Shown: positions 1 through 13,090, counted from the first letter of the whole stretch. The stretch: 63,112 bases of DNA, filler included, from Dirinaria sp. TL-2023a (GCA_051941275.1; 11 parts of 11 records of this genome joined end to end with filler, not necessarily neighbours in it); one strand, 5' to 3'. Numbers and translations are program-made. Notes: generated by a model not told the origin, from the letters alone.

Positions 1-997
1 GGGTTTTTTCTTAGGGTGGTGCTGGTGGTGGGGAGGGGAAGGTGGAGTTGGGCTGTCGCTGAGGGCCCGTTTTCGCCGTCTGGACCGGATCAGATCGGCG
101 ACTGTGTGCATGTGGTCTCCTTCTGCCTGCGGCGATGTTTGGGTTTTTAGGTCGCTTTCTTCGCGAGTTAGGTCGATCGACATTGTGGCTTTTTGGATTG
201 GGTTGAGGGGACTTCGATCTGGAGTATCGATGCTTTCGTCTCTTTGCGTTGTGTGTACTGGTTTTATTTTGGCTACTGTAGCGATCGGTTCGCAGATGCA
301 AATTGCTGCGGACGAGTGCTTGTTTACAGCTCGGAGGTGAATCGACGCGTAAATTTGAGTTCGAGAAGTTGGACCGCAATTCAATGTTTCTTTTAGAAGG
401 GGGGTCAAGGATATCAGCCTGGAGGCTTTCACCACTCCCTTACTGTAAGGTCGAGGACGTAAATACACGACTGGCACGGTGCCCCTAAAAGATCCGCAAT
501 GATGATTTGTCGCGGCAGCAATCACACTGGTGTAGCCTTCAAGGAGGTAAAGCGTAGATGTAGGTAGGACGATAATGGTCTGTTGATACCTTAGCGAGCA
601 TATCAAAACATTCGCAGAGCCGCATAAAGTGTGTCAAGCTAAGCAAGGGTAGCACGTGCTAGCGCGACAGCCGATAAGCTAAGGTGATAGGCTAAGATAA
701 CCTTAAGATGTGCAAGATCCGGGGAATGGCCGAGTCAACAAAACCGAAATCTGGTCCTACAACCTTATTCCTTCCCAGGACCGCAGTAAGCCCTGACGCT
801 AATGGTAATTGGTTCGCCCGTTCCATGGTCATGTCAGCCGTGAATAGTCCTTCCAACCTTCGTCGAACATCATCCTTTTTCACTCGTAGTCCCGAGTCAA
901 TTTCTCTAACAAAGACCAGAACGGGCTACGACTGAGCTTTTTTCTGCTCTCCCATAGACTGAGTTTTGACTTTGTCTTGCCATTGGTGAACGTCAAT

Positions 998-3900
998 ATG
1001 GTCGTGGTGGACCAGTACGAGTATCTGAGCGAGGAGGAGAAACGCTTGAAGGAAGACAGAGAACGACAGAAATACTGGAAGAAATGGTATGCGGCGTGCC
1101 CAAATGACGGGGTGGTCTCAAGAAGAGAAAAAGTCTAACCCAATTTTCAGGGGGCCTTATGTTGCGGAAAGACAATGGGCTACAGGTGCGAAGGCTCCGC
1201 AAAATGCAAGAGCAGTCCCCGGGCTAATTCTGCATAGTGAGAGAAGATTACTCGTCAGTTCAAATACGAATGGCGCAAGATCCTTAGGCTGACTTCAACG
1301 TCAGCGAAAATGGAGATGCGTGGAGTCGTAAGAGCAATTGCCTAGGACTGAGCGTGCAAGCAGTCGCTGAGCGGTACCAGATTTCTCCCATGACCACGCC
1401 CGCTCCCGAGCCTTTCGCTGGGGTGAAGATGGCATTGCCGGTGTGTCAGACTCGCACGGCATACTGAATGTGGCTTTCAGCTTCTGGAATGAGAAGGACG
1501 ATTTTCTCAAAGAAAGGCTATATGGGCTCTCCAATCCGCAAGGAAACCATGGCGAATCGATCAAAGAGGCGCATTTTCATCTGGACAACACGCCTACACA
1601 TTCCTACATGAAGTACCTGTACAAATACCCTCAGAAGAAGTTTCCTTACGACGACCTCGTTAGCAAGAACGCCAAGCGAACCAAGGCCGAGAAGGAATAC
1701 AATTTGATTGATACAGGCATATTTGACGAGGACAAATATTGGGACATTTTCGTGGAAACTGCCAAAGAGACGCACGACGAAGAAGAGTTATTGTTTCGAG
1801 TAACGGCATACAACCGGGGTCCAGAACCAGCACCTTTGCACATCATACCCCATGTCTGGTTTCGTAACACCTGGACCTGGAACCAAGAGAAGGCTAGCAA
1901 GAAACCCTTCATACGCCAAATCGCTCCTTTGACTGCACAGGCAAAACATCACAAGCTCGGCGATAGATTTTTTCAATTATCACCATCTCCGGGTATCGGC
2001 AGTAGCGGCGAAGATATCCAGCCTCAGATGCTGTTCACTGAAAACGACACAAATTTTAAAACTCTCTATGGTGGCCAAAACCCGCAACCGTACGTTAAGG
2101 ACGCTTTCCATAGACACATCGTAGGTCGAGAGCTTGGGGCAATCAATCCGTTATGCAAAGGCACCAAGAGCGCTGCCTGGTATGCTTTCGACGAGCAAGA
2201 TGGCGTAGCGCCAGGAGAATGTGCAGTTGTACGCTTCCGCTTATCCAGGAAGCACGAGGGCTATCTTGACGAAGAGCTCTTCGATGATATTATTGAGCAA
2301 AGGCGGACTGAAGCCGATGAGTTCTTTTGGCGTATTAGCCCACTTCCCATGGCTGAAGATCTTCGAAATATCCAGCGACAAGCGCTGAGCGGGATGATGT
2401 GGTGCAAACAATACTACCACTTTATTTGGGACCAATGGGCGAATGGCGATCCAGGCCAGCCACCGCCACCTCCAGGAAGAAAGAAAGTTCGGAATGAGCA
2501 ATGGAAGCACCTCCACCTTGATGATGTCTTGTCGATGCCTGATTCATGGGAGTATCCATTCTTCTGTGCTTGGGACACAGCCTTCCACTGCATTCCTCTC
2601 GCTATGATCGACCCAGAATTCGCCAAGAAGCAGCTTGATATATTGACTAGAGAATGGTATATGCATCCCAACGGCCAGCTACCTGCATACGAATGGAATT
2701 TTGGAGACGTCAACCCTCCCGTACATGCTTGGGCGACATTCCGTACTTTCAAGATTGAGCGTAAATTATACGGGCGGAGCGATCTTGACTTTCTAGAACG
2801 GGTCTTTCAGAAACTTTTGCTCAATTTTACTTGGTGGGTCAACCGCAAGGACTCCGATGGTAAAAATGTATTCGAAGGTGGCTTCTTGGGGCTCGACAAC
2901 ATCGGGCTGTTTAACCGCTCTGATCCGTTACCTACTGGTGGTACCCTTGAGCAAGCGGATTCGACGGGATGGATGGCATTCTATTGTCTGTGCATGCTAA
3001 ACATTGCTCTGGAGCTCGCAAAGCATCGTCATATATATGAAGATAGTGAGTCCATGTTCCTCATGGCACTTAGTGAGTCTTTTGCTGATTACATTTCAGT
3101 TGCATCGAAATTCTTTGAGCATTTCATCCTCATCAGCGATGCCATGACTTATCGATCTGGTGGGAAAGAAACCTCCCTTTGGAACGATGAGGACGGCTTC
3201 TACTACGATGCTATTACATGGGGTGCCCCATGGACCCAGCAAATGCCTGTGAGGTCATTGGTTGGGCTCATTCCCCTATACGCTGTGCTCACCCTAGAGC
3301 CGGATATGATTGACAAATTTCCCTCTTTTAATAGGCGCTTGAACTGGTTCATAGAAAACCGTAACGATGTTGCTGAGCGTAATATTGCGAGCATGAGTCA
3401 GCGTGGGAAGGGTGACCGACTTCTTCTGTCACTCGTCAGCAGGGAGCGGTTGGTTAAGATTTTGAAGCGAATGCTCGACGAGACCGAGTTCCTAGCAGAT
3501 CATGGTGTTCGGTCATTGTCAAAGTACCATAAAGACCATCCTTACGCCATGGAGGTCAATGGACAAGAGTTTAAAGTCACCTATCTGCCCGGTGAGTCCG
3601 ACAGCGGACTCTTCGGTGGGAACAGCAACTGGCGGGGACCAATCTGGCTTTGTGTCAACTTCCTCCTTGTGGAATCATTACTTCGCTTCTACATGTTCTA
3701 TGGGACATCGTTAAAAATTGAGTGCCCGACGGGATCCGGCGATTACATGCATCTTGGCCATGTTGCAGAGGAGATCCAGCATCGACTCCAGCATCTCTTC
3801 TCACGAGGGGACGATGGACGAAGAGCGGTGAATAACGGTAATGACATGTTAGATTTCGATCCAAATTGGAAAGACTACCTGTGGTTCTACGAATACTTTG

Positions 3901-4383
3901 ATGCCGATACTGGCCGAGGCATGGGTGCATCACATCAATGTGGCTGGTCTGGGCTGATTGCCAAAATGATTCACGATACAGGGTGAGCTTATCTCTTGAC
4001 TCGAGGACGGGACAGACATGACTGATGATATGCACAGAGTGAATTGCCGCTTGCCTCAAACACCAAGGACTCCTGCAACGGCCGCAGCGCACTACTTTGA
4101 TGATGTCTTCTCTCGCCCATCGCAAGTTATGGGCGAAAAACCCCGAGTGCGACGCTCATCCACAAATCAATCGATCGGCAACAGGAGTAGCTTCAACATT
4201 TCCACGAATAGCGAAGAAGATGTACGCTCCGCCAACGGATCGAAAAACACAAATGGAGAAAGGGAAAGGAGAAGAAGTGAGGCCAATCAGCACGTCGCCA
4301 ATTACGTGACGGGTCAGCTTGAACGCATCCGAAGCCATGAGCCAGTTTTCGACTCTGATGAATTCGAAGCGCACATAGAGTAA
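998..4383 (+). CDS. GH63/MGH1-like glycoside hydrolase (yeast YMR196W-like), multi-exon
   Basis: Manually spliced exons 998-1086, 1151-1185, 1238-1253, 1305-1327 and 1381 onward read [46 protein letters not shown]. The main ORF has SMPDSWEYPFFCAWDTAFH, GGNSNWRGPIW and GASHQCGWSGL. There is an in-frame intron at 3046-3099, and the last exon ends at TAA 4381-4383. A further upstream exon is possible. Confidence 0.88.
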
Positions 4384-4721
4384 AGTTGGCTAAGATTGTG
4401 GTGATTACACTACGAGGGATGGCCCATTGAGAATTTTCGGGATTTGAACTATTTGCCACTAGATATAGATCAATAGATTGGGGTCGTCGTGGGCACTCGA
4501 TTTAGAATTAGATTCAGCATGTAAAGCGGAGAGAGAAATAGGAGCTTCAAACCGTTTTCGGAGCCGAGGAAGCTTCAGTACTTGTTTTAAATGGAAGGTC
4601 TAACCGACGCTGCCAAGCCAAACCGACAAGAGCTTCGCAGTGGAGGTAACAATCCTCGGTCAGCTCCTTCGCGACGTCTATCAGTTTTTGCTCACCATTG
4701 ACCCGCTATAGGCTGTCCAGA

Positions 4722-5653
4722 ATGTTGTCACGACAAGCCAGAACGATAGTCTTCCAAGCTGCTGCACGGTCGACCACCTGTGCTCCACGAGTCTCATTAC
4801 TCCGAGCCTATGCGACACCAGCTGACCAAGACACCAAACCTCCTGTGGCCGTATACGGTCTCGATGGGACCTACGCCAGTGCCTTGGTACGTCTGATCGC
4901 TTTTTGCAAAACGTTGTAGCGGCTGCCATCCTCATGGCGATGGAATCTCACTGCATTCCCTTGCTAACAAGATTCTTCCAGTATACCGCAGCCGCTAAAA
5001 CATCCTCCCTCGAGCCCACCTCCCGGGCATTGGCCGCCCTCTCCGATGTATTCAAAAAGGACGCCAAGCTACAGTCAATCCTGGGCGCTCCAACACTGAC
5101 CCAGAGCGACAAGTCTCAAATCGTCCAAGAGCTGCAACGGCACATGGGCAGTATTGACAAGGGGGAGACGGTCAAGAACTTCCTCAAGACCCTGGCAGAT
5201 AATAACCGGCTGGGCATACTGGAGGGTATCTGTGAGAAATTTGACGTGTTGATGGGAGCCGCGAAAGGCGAATTGGAGCTGGTCGTGCAGAGTGCCAGCG
5301 TGAGTGACTCGTAGCTATGAGGCTCTTTATTGGAGTCGGCTTCGGGGTGTGTATGACTCATAGCTGACGTCTGCGGCCGATAGAAACTCGAGCCTAAGAT
5401 GCTTCAACGGTTGGAGAGCGCCGTTGCGAAGTCTGAATATAGCCAAGGCAAGAAACTGAAAGTTGTTACGAAGGTAAGCCTCCTTATCCGAGCAATGGCC
5501 AGAAAATTATTGAATTTGCTGATACTTGTATTCGTCTAGATCAACCCAGATATCATGGGAGGCCTGATTGTTGAGATCGGAGATCGGACGATTGATCTCA
5601 GTGTCTCCTCGAAAATCGCCCGGATGAACAAGCTTCTCTCAGACACGATATGA
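4722..5653 (+). CDS. ATP5: Mitochondrial ATP synthase subunit 5 (OSCP)
   Basis: Arg-rich presequence MLSRQARTIV, then PPVAVYGLDGTYASALYTAA, KNFLKTLADNNRLG and a final exon INPDIMGGLIVEIGDRTIDLSVSSKIARMNKLL. Three GT-AG introns. Confidence 0.95.
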
Positions 5654-5678
5654 GCTTTTGTACATATTCACATGGTTG

Positions 5679-5778
5679 NNNNNNNNNNNNNNNNNNNNNN
5701 NNNNNNNNNNNNNNNNNNNNNNTTAATTAATTAANNNNNNNNNNNNNNNNNNNNNNNNNNNNNNNNNNNNNNNNNNNN
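5679..5778. other. Artificial contig spacer N44-TTAATTAATTAA-N44
   Basis: Identical 100-nt linker with stop codons in all six frames. Confidence 0.98.
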
Positions 5779-5814
5779 GGGTTTTTTATCATACTGCTTG
5801 CTGGGTATAGTAGT

Positions 5815-6540
5815 CTATAGGTTACATGACATGCAGGTTGTATGGGTTAAGGAATATGATATGGTAAGTGACATGACAAACAGCACGACAGACAATAGAA
5901 TAAATACGTTGATATGACAAGTATTAGATATAACAGATAATATTGCAGACCGTATCTTACAAATAAACATCGAACAAATTAAAAAGAGAACTAGTTTTGC
6001 ACATACATACACACATCTCGATTCTGGATTCGAAATGAAGAACAAGAAACCCTTTTTTTTTTTTTTTTTTTTTTTTTGTTTGTGAAATATTTGCGATTTA
6101 CAGATCGATCTGATAGACTTTTTTTTTGCTTTTTTTGGGGGGCAGGAAGGTACTTACATATCTATGTGGCAGTAAGGTACACGGTTCTATTTCTATTATT
6201 CGGGCATGAGGCACCCCCACTGCGGTGCAAGAACGAGTATACGAGCATATATATCTGTGCCAAGCTTGTCTGCCTACATCCACTTGCGATGTATGCTGTT
6301 TTATTATCGTTTTTGTTTGGTGTTGGCTATGCTATATGTAACATGATAACATGAAAGACGGGGCACTGAGGCCAGTAGTACACGTTCGTTTCGCGTGGGG
6401 GAAGGGATGTGGTAAGCATTAGGTACAGTATGATAGACAATATTGCAGACCGTACGAGTACTGAACAAATTAAAAAGATAATTGGTTCTGCACACACAGA
6501 TCTCGATTCCGAGATTGCGAGATGAAGAACAGAAAGCTCT
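5815..6540. repeat. Diverged direct duplication of a non-coding unit of about 200-240 bp
   Basis: AATATTGCAGACCGTA occurs at 5939-5954 and 6439-6454. Each copy is followed by GAACAAATTAAAAAGA, ATCTCGATT and ATGAAGAACA in the same order. Confidence 0.75.
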
Positions 6541-6743
6541 TTTGTTCGTACGCCCAAGCTTTGAGTATTGATCATGATTGAAAAAGTTTGAGGTGTTTTC
6601 TGTCTAACTGACTGATTGCTTACTTGCTAGCTACTACTGTATGAGTACCTATAGAGCTCGATAGGTAAGGTAGACGGTGAGTTTGGGATGTGGTTGGTTG
6701 GCTAAGGTAGCTTGGAAATGAGGAATGTGTACTGTCCCACCGA

Positions 6744-9219
6744 TCATTCTGGCGAAGTTGCCTTATCCTCGAACTCGACCAGTGCCGTTCCGGCTTTGCA
6801 GAGATCCTATTGGGCGGAGTTAGGTAGGAGATTCGCCTTACATTCTGAAAAGGAAAAAAGGAGAAGAAAAAAAACAGAAAATTAAAAAATAAAAATAAAA
6901 ATAAATTTACTCACCCCCTGCCGATGGACAACCCGGGAAACGACCCCGTCCTGCGGACTCCGAATCACAGTCTCCATCTTCATACTCTCGATCACGACGA
7001 GCGGCTGATCTTTCCTTACCGCCTCCCCCGGCTCCACCTGCACCTTGAGGATCTTGCACGGCATCGGCGCCAGCACACTGTGCGCCTGATCCTTGACGCC
7101 CAGGGCTTTCTCCATCCAGCCCGGCACCGCGCTCTGGAGCCGGTAATGCCGACCTTGCTGGAACAGGGTCAGGTTCCCGGCGTCGTTTTCCTCCTCCTGG
7201 ATGAGTCGTGTGTCGAGCCTTGCGGTGGGGAAGTAGGAGGTTACGGTGCGGGTCGTTGGAGACCATTGACTTGCTACAGAGGGGATATTTGTGTCGTCGT
7301 TGATTGTAATGTTGAAGAGGCCGGCGCCGATGTTTTGGATGGTTACCAACGTTTCTGGGGCATCGGGTTTCCTGGAGCCTGGGGCTGGGATGAACCGGAA
7401 AACACGGCTCTGCGTGGCGGAGGTGAAGCCGATGCTTACATCGCGGAGGGAGTTTGCGGCGGGGTGGGTTGCCAGAGTGTCAGATAGATAAGTGCCCAGC
7501 GCCGCTTGTGCGAACACTTCGGGAACGATCGAGGCGGGTTCGAATAATTCGTTTCTTCTCTTGGGGATAAAGCCCGTCTCGACCTCTCCTGCAACGAAGG
7601 CTGGGTTTTGGCAGACAGCTTTGAGGAACTCGATGTTGGTGGCGGGCCCTGCGATTTCGTATTCGCTCAGGGCAGCATGCAGCTTCTGGACGGCGATCTC
7701 GCGGGTAGGACCTTGGACGATTAATTTGGCGATCATGGGGTCGTAGTTCGATGATACTTCGTCACCCTCAATGAACCCGGCATCCACTCGGACCGTGTCC
7801 GAGGTTTTGGGAGTCTTAAGATGGGATAGGATGCCCGCGTCTGGCACGAAGTCCCTTGAAAATCGTCAGCTCTCTGTTCCCGAACAAGCAAGTAGACTGA
7901 CATTTCCGGGTTCTCGGCGTATATACGAGCCTCGATAGCCCATCCCTTCTGTGCGATTCGGTCCCGGATCTCCTCTTGAGTAAGAGGTAGATGGCCCCCT
8001 TCAGCCACCACGATCTGCCAGCGCACGAGATCCTCTCCAGTAACCATCTCGGTCACCGGATGCTCTACCTGTAATCTCGTATTCATCTCCATGAAGAAGA
8101 ACTCGTCCCTCTCGTTATCGAAAATGAACTCCACTGTGCCTGCGCCCTCGTACCCTACAGCTAGCGCTGCAGCGCAAGCCTTATCCCAAAGGTCTTGACG
8201 CACACTCTCTTCCAGGTGCGGCGCAGGCGACTCTTCCAAGATCTTCTGATGCCGTCGCTGGATGCTGCAGTCTCTCTCCCCAAGCGCGACGCAGTTCCCA
8301 TGCTTGTCCGCGAATACCTGCACCTCGATGTGTCGCGGTGTAGTGATATACTTTTCCACAAGCATGGTATCATCGCCAAAGGAGCTCCTGGCCTCTGACT
8401 TTGCAGACTCAAGCTGGTCGAAAAAGACATCGGATGTCATCGCGATGCGCATTCCTTTCCCCCCGCCGCCCTTGACGGCTTTCAGCATTACCGGAAACCC
8501 AATCTCGGATGCTTTCGATCTGAGGAATTCAGGGTCTTGGTTCGTGCCATGATACCCGGGGATGCATGGCACGCCAGCTTTTGTCATGATCTCCTTCGAT
8601 CGACTGATTTGCTTTAGTTTCCTCGCCGACAGAGGACCTAGGCTCAGTACCTTTTATTGCCCATGGCCTCGATGGCCTCCCATGGAGGCCCAAGGAAGAC
8701 TAAGCCCTCTTCCGTACATCTTCGAGCAAAGATGGAATTCTCGCTTAACTGCGAAGCGTTCAGGAACATGGACGCCCCTGGTAGGGGGAAATCTACGTAC
8801 AAAGCCATAGCCGGGATGAATGCCAGCACAGCCATGGTGCTTGGCCGCTTCTATGATCTTCTCGCCATTCAGATACTCGGAAGTGTCGGCCAGGTTTATG
8901 GCGAATGGGGAGCTCAGTGCGTGCTGTGACCGGGCATCTGGGTTCGTGTACACGGTGGCTACCTTGATGCCATACTGCGACGCTGTTCTTCCTACGCGTC
9001 TAGGTATAATGAGCAAGTCTTTTACGGGACTCTCCCTCGGTCGACCAACAGAGCTATCTCACCACGATTTGCGATGAGGATGGATTGCAATGGTTTCCCT
9101 GGCACTGGGGTGTGGACAATCGTAGAATTCCCTCTCCTTGCTTCAGAGCTGATCCGGATACGGGAGCTTGGCCGGACTAATTCGCAGCTCCTCTGAAGAC
9201 AGGTGAAACGAGCCATCAT
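6744..9219 (-). CDS. mccA: 3-methylcrotonyl-CoA carboxylase biotin-containing alpha subunit
   Basis: Motifs [54 protein letters not shown] and YDPMIAKL, plus the biotin motif ESMKME. The last exon [20 protein letters not shown] ends at 6744. The N-terminus resembles a mitochondrial presequence. Confidence 0.88.
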
Positions 9220-9735
9220 TGCTCACATATCGATACTGCTGGTCCATAGTAATGAGGATGAAAGCCATGAGTTTGTGGAAGGTTAGATATCTTCATCATT
9301 GTGCCTCGGTATCAGGATATATGCCGTCGATAACCGCTAAGGCTGAGCCCCTTGCGGCTGATCATATTAGCGGTGCAGATCATCAGGGAGGGACACGCGA
9401 GATTCGCGGAGCCGCAGCATCTGAATCGTCACTGACAATTACTCGTCCTTCTATTGTCACAGGGTTCAGATCACTCTACAGTCTACTTCTACATATTCTT
9501 GTCGGACTAACTCAGACTTGGTGAAGCTAGCTATCTCACGACGAACGCCGAGACTCGAAAAATCCGGCATTGATTGCATCCTCATAGTCATAACGCGTCT
9601 TCATCGGATAGTCAAAGTCACAAGTAGTCTAGAAACTCGAGGAACTTACATATCTTCGATGAGCTCACATGACTCATTCTTCCAATTCGATTTCCAAACC
9701 CTCCTTGGCCCTGCTCAAAAGATCACTATAAATCA

Positions 9736-10773
9736 ATGTCGGACTACGAAGAATACTCCGATGACGATGACATGGATTACACGTACATTGACGAAGAAGA
9801 CGCCCCGTACGCTGAGGCAGTAAGCCGACCCTTCTTCCCCAAATTGCAGCCTTGTTCCTGTCCTGACCAATCACAGGACATCCTTGCCGAAAACGCAGTG
9901 CAGTCACCCGGCTGGAACGATAATTTCGACGCCACAGTAGGAGAACAAGATCCATGGTACGACTGGGAGTGGTTGTATCCCAGCGATTTCTTTGATGAGG
10001 ACGTGCCGCAGCACAAAAAGCGCCGGAAAAAACAAGCGGTGGGCATAAGGCAACGGGCTAGGAGCAGCAAAGGAACGAAGCGGCAGCGACTGGAAGCAAA
10101 TGATTTCATGCGGGAAATACCACAAGCTGAACCAGCCACTGCTCTTCCAGACGTGGTGGTCTGGAGATCGGGCCCGCACCTGCCAGATCCGATTCCGGTT
10201 TTCAATCAAGGGGAGTTGGAAAAGGTCGCTTTACTGAAGGACTGGCGGGAGCGGTACGATGGTCTAGCTTTTTTCAGCACCTTTCTGCAATCGCGGCAAA
10301 AGTCCAGCAAGCCAGGCTTTGCAGTTGTGATTGAACGCAGGGATTCCTACCGCTGCGATCCACCACGGGTGCATCTGCCTGGCGGTTCCAAGAGCCAGAA
10401 TGACTCGATGCCAAGGATCAATGGGGCTTCTCATACAAATACATCGCAACTCACGGATGGTGCTCCTTTCACCAGCTCTCTTACCCAGAAACTTGGTCCG
10501 GCCGCATCCACTCCCAAGAAGAGGAAAAAAGCGGAATCAAATACCTATGACGAAGTAGAAGAAAAAGCCTCACTCAATGCTCATATCCCTCCTTCACAGA
10601 AGATGAAGCCATCATCAAAACCCTCCACAAGCAGGAACAAGCGCAAAGCCACTGAAATGCAGGAGGAACCAGACGATGTTAAACCCGCTGCGAAGCGGAA
10701 AAAAGAGCCCGCCGCAACAGCAGGCCCCAAACGAAGGAAACTTCCAACGAGAACGAGTTCACGGAAGAAATGA
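9736..10773 (+). CDS. Hypothetical protein with an acidic N-terminus and a Lys/Arg-rich disordered C-terminus (probably nuclear)
   Basis: 345-aa ORF with a probable in-frame intron at 9820-9876 (GTAAGC...CTGAC...CAG). NLS-like clusters KKRRKK and PKKRKK. Confidence 0.75.
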   Translation: MSDYEEYSDDDDMDYTYIDEEDAPYAEAVSRPFFPKLQPCSCPDQSQDILAENAVQSPGWNDNFDATVGEQDPWYDWEWLYPSDFFDEDVPQHKKRRKKQAVGIRQRARSSKGTKRQRLEANDFMREIPQAEPATALPDVVVWRSGPHLPDPIPVFNQGELEKVALLKDWRERYDGLAFFSTFLQSRQKSSKPGFAVVIERRDSYRCDPPRVHLPGGSKSQNDSMPRINGASHTNTSQLTDGAPFTSSLTQKLGPAASTPKKRKKAESNTYDEVEEKASLNAHIPPSQKMKPSSKPSTSRNKRKATEMQEEPDDVKPAAKRKKEPAATAGPKRRKLPTRTSSRKK

Positions 10774-11452
10774 AGCGATGGAGGTGCAGTGCACCGCAGT
10801 CTTAAAAAAAAGGTTATGGATGGAGGAATGTTTGCTTGCGGTGTTTGCTTGCCTGTACATAACAGTTTGCGTCAAACTTCCAAGGATGACGGAAGATGGC
10901 TGGCGTGTATATTGCTACGGAAGTATTAAGGTACATAACAGCTTCGTAAAAAAAAGTAACTTTGGGGAATGAAAACCCTTTTCAATTCTCCAAATTTGTC
11001 GTCCCAAAAAAAGAAGAAGAAAAAAAAGAGACATTCCCCACTTGATATATCTTCGCCCGCCTATGTGGGTTACTGCCTTCAGCGCGTCAGACTATGTACG
11101 AGATATGTACCTACTAAATAATCAACCCAACCCTCGATTTTACTTCTCTTTTCTTTTTTCTTTTTCCCCCTTCTGTCTTTCCAGCAGAAAACAGTACTCG
11201 AAATCATTTAACATTTTAATATCGCACTGCTAACACCAAAAAAAAAGTAACACTTTACAAACTCACGATTCTTTTTGATTTTTTTTTTGAAATCTAAATC
11301 ACAAAGGACCTTAGTTTCAATAGCAATTAAAACCACTTTTTTTGTTTTTTTCTTGTTTTTTCTCTCTTCTTCTTAAATGCAACGCCCCTTTCCGGGACTC
11401 ATCACTCATGACAAGATATCAGATAGTATAATGTACGTATATAAGTATATAA

Positions 11453-11552
11453 NNNNNNNNNNNNNNNNNNNNNNNNNNNNNNNNNNNNNNNNNNNNTTAA
11501 TTAATTAANNNNNNNNNNNNNNNNNNNNNNNNNNNNNNNNNNNNNNNNNNNN
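11453..11552. other. Artificial contig spacer
   Basis: N44-TTAATTAATTAA-N44. Confidence 0.98.
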
Positions 11553-11806
11553 AGGGAAAATTCCCAACTAATCGTGAGAGTCTTCCTGAGCATTGGTATA
11601 GAAAGAATGTCGATATATGTATGATGCGCGCATGCAAGAAACACCTTAAAACGTTGCTTTTTAGATTTTTTTCAAATACATTCGCTGATCGGGGTATATC
11701 AAGTATCCAAAGCAAACCCTACCCTAAACGCCACGCTTAATGACATAGCACCATCTAAACCAAAAGTTTCCCTTCCTCTCCCCCCCCAACCATTCGTATC
11801 GGGGTT

Positions 11807-13090
11807 TCAATCCCCACCGCTCTCAACTTTATACGGTAGTTCCAGGGGCCCTGCCGCGTCCGCAAAATGGATCACACTCCCCGCTCCCACGCTCCCGTCC
11901 CCTGTAAGCACACTGCTAGCGCGGCTTCTGATGGATCGGAGCGTTGCGATCGAGGGTGTGCGGAGTCCTCGATGCTGGGTTCCGCTGGCGGTCGTATTGG
12001 CACTGGCACTGGCACTGGCATTCTGATCGTGAGCTCGATATTGCTGCGATTGATGTCCCGAAGACGCAATAGAGCCTGACTCCGATGATATATACGGCGC
12101 AGGCATGGGCGTGTGCGCGACTGTGCTGGTGGTTTCGAGACTGCTTCGTGGCTCTTCCGCTCCTTCTTCGGTTTCTACTGCGCCGTCGGCCTCGAGAGCT
12201 GTTATCTCTGCTTCTTCACTGGCGCGCATCTCGTCCGCGAGCTCTGGGTCTAGAGCCTGCATCCCGCGGAGCAGTTCCGCGAAGATGGCCATCAGTGTGC
12301 GGAAATCGGCTTCTGAGATCTCGGCCGCGGAGAACCGCGCGCTTTCGTAGGCGGAGAGGAAGATGGGGAGGAGGGATGGGGGGTTGATGAGGCCGAGAGT
12401 GGAGAGGTGGGTCAGGTAGTCGCGTAACGATGTTGCGGCGGGGCGCTGGAGTAGCGATACTGCTAGTGGTGATGGCACTGGGAGATCTTGCTCCTCGTGA
12501 GATACGCCGGGGCTGTCCTGGGGAATGTCGAGGGTCGGAGTCAGCGAGACGGCTTTCGCCTCGATCAGGTGCGGCAGTTCCAGGATAATGGGCGCGAGAT
12601 GCAAGTGTGGGAGGTCGGGAGAATCGGGGGATGACCAGCCCGGATGGGAGATTATGCCCCAATGAGGCACTTCTCCTCCTCCTCCCTGCTCTCGTCCTTG
12701 CTTCGGTCGCTCCTCCGGATTTCCTTCATGCTGCAGATCTCTTGGCCTCGTGCTCCAAGCTACTCTTACGCTCCGCTGCACTCCTTCCCGCGCTAGCTTC
12801 CGCACCTTCTGAGGTACGCCGCCGCCCTTCTCGTCGTAGAACCAATCCCGAGGTACGGATGCCAAGGTGGTGCGGGTCGTGTAGAGGCGGCCGGCGAACA
12901 TGAAGGCGGAGATTAGCAGGGTGAGGAGGTACGAGCCGGCGACTATGAAAATGTTGTAGAGACGCTGCTTGTGGTAGGATTGGTAGACGTGGTCCCCTGG
13001 TGTGATTAGGAGGAGCACGATGAGGATGATTAGCAGGACGGTGAAGGTTGTCGAGTAGAAGACCGTGAAGAAGGGGATTCGGCGAGCCAT
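11807..13090 (-). CDS. DLT1: Defect at low temperature protein 1 homolog
   Basis: Intronless 427-aa ORF. Two N-terminal TM segments with ITPGD and RLYTTR..LASVPR, then HPGWSSP and ELPHLIEAKAVSL, as I recall for fungal Dlt1. Confidence 0.78.
   Translation of the reverse strand: MARRIPFFTVFYSTTFTVLLIILIVLLLITPGDHVYQSYHKQRLYNIFIVAGSYLLTLLISAFMFAGRLYTTRTTLASVPRDWFYDEKGGGVPQKVRKLAREGVQRSVRVAWSTRPRDLQHEGNPEERPKQGREQGGGGEVPHWGIISHPGWSSPDSPDLPHLHLAPIILELPHLIEAKAVSLTPTLDIPQDSPGVSHEEQDLPVPSPLAVSLLQRPAATSLRDYLTHLSTLGLINPPSLLPIFLSAYESARFSAAEISEADFRTLMAIFAELLRGMQALDPELADEMRASEEAEITALEADGAVETEEGAEEPRSSLETTSTVAHTPMPAPYISSESGSIASSGHQSQQYRAHDQNASASASANTTASGTQHRGLRTPSIATLRSIRSRASSVLTGDGSVGAGSVIHFADAAGPLELPYKVESGGD

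Noticed and set aside
1..60. Possible telomere (TTAGGG near position 11)
   Set aside because: Only a single copy in G/T-rich sequence, with no tandem array.
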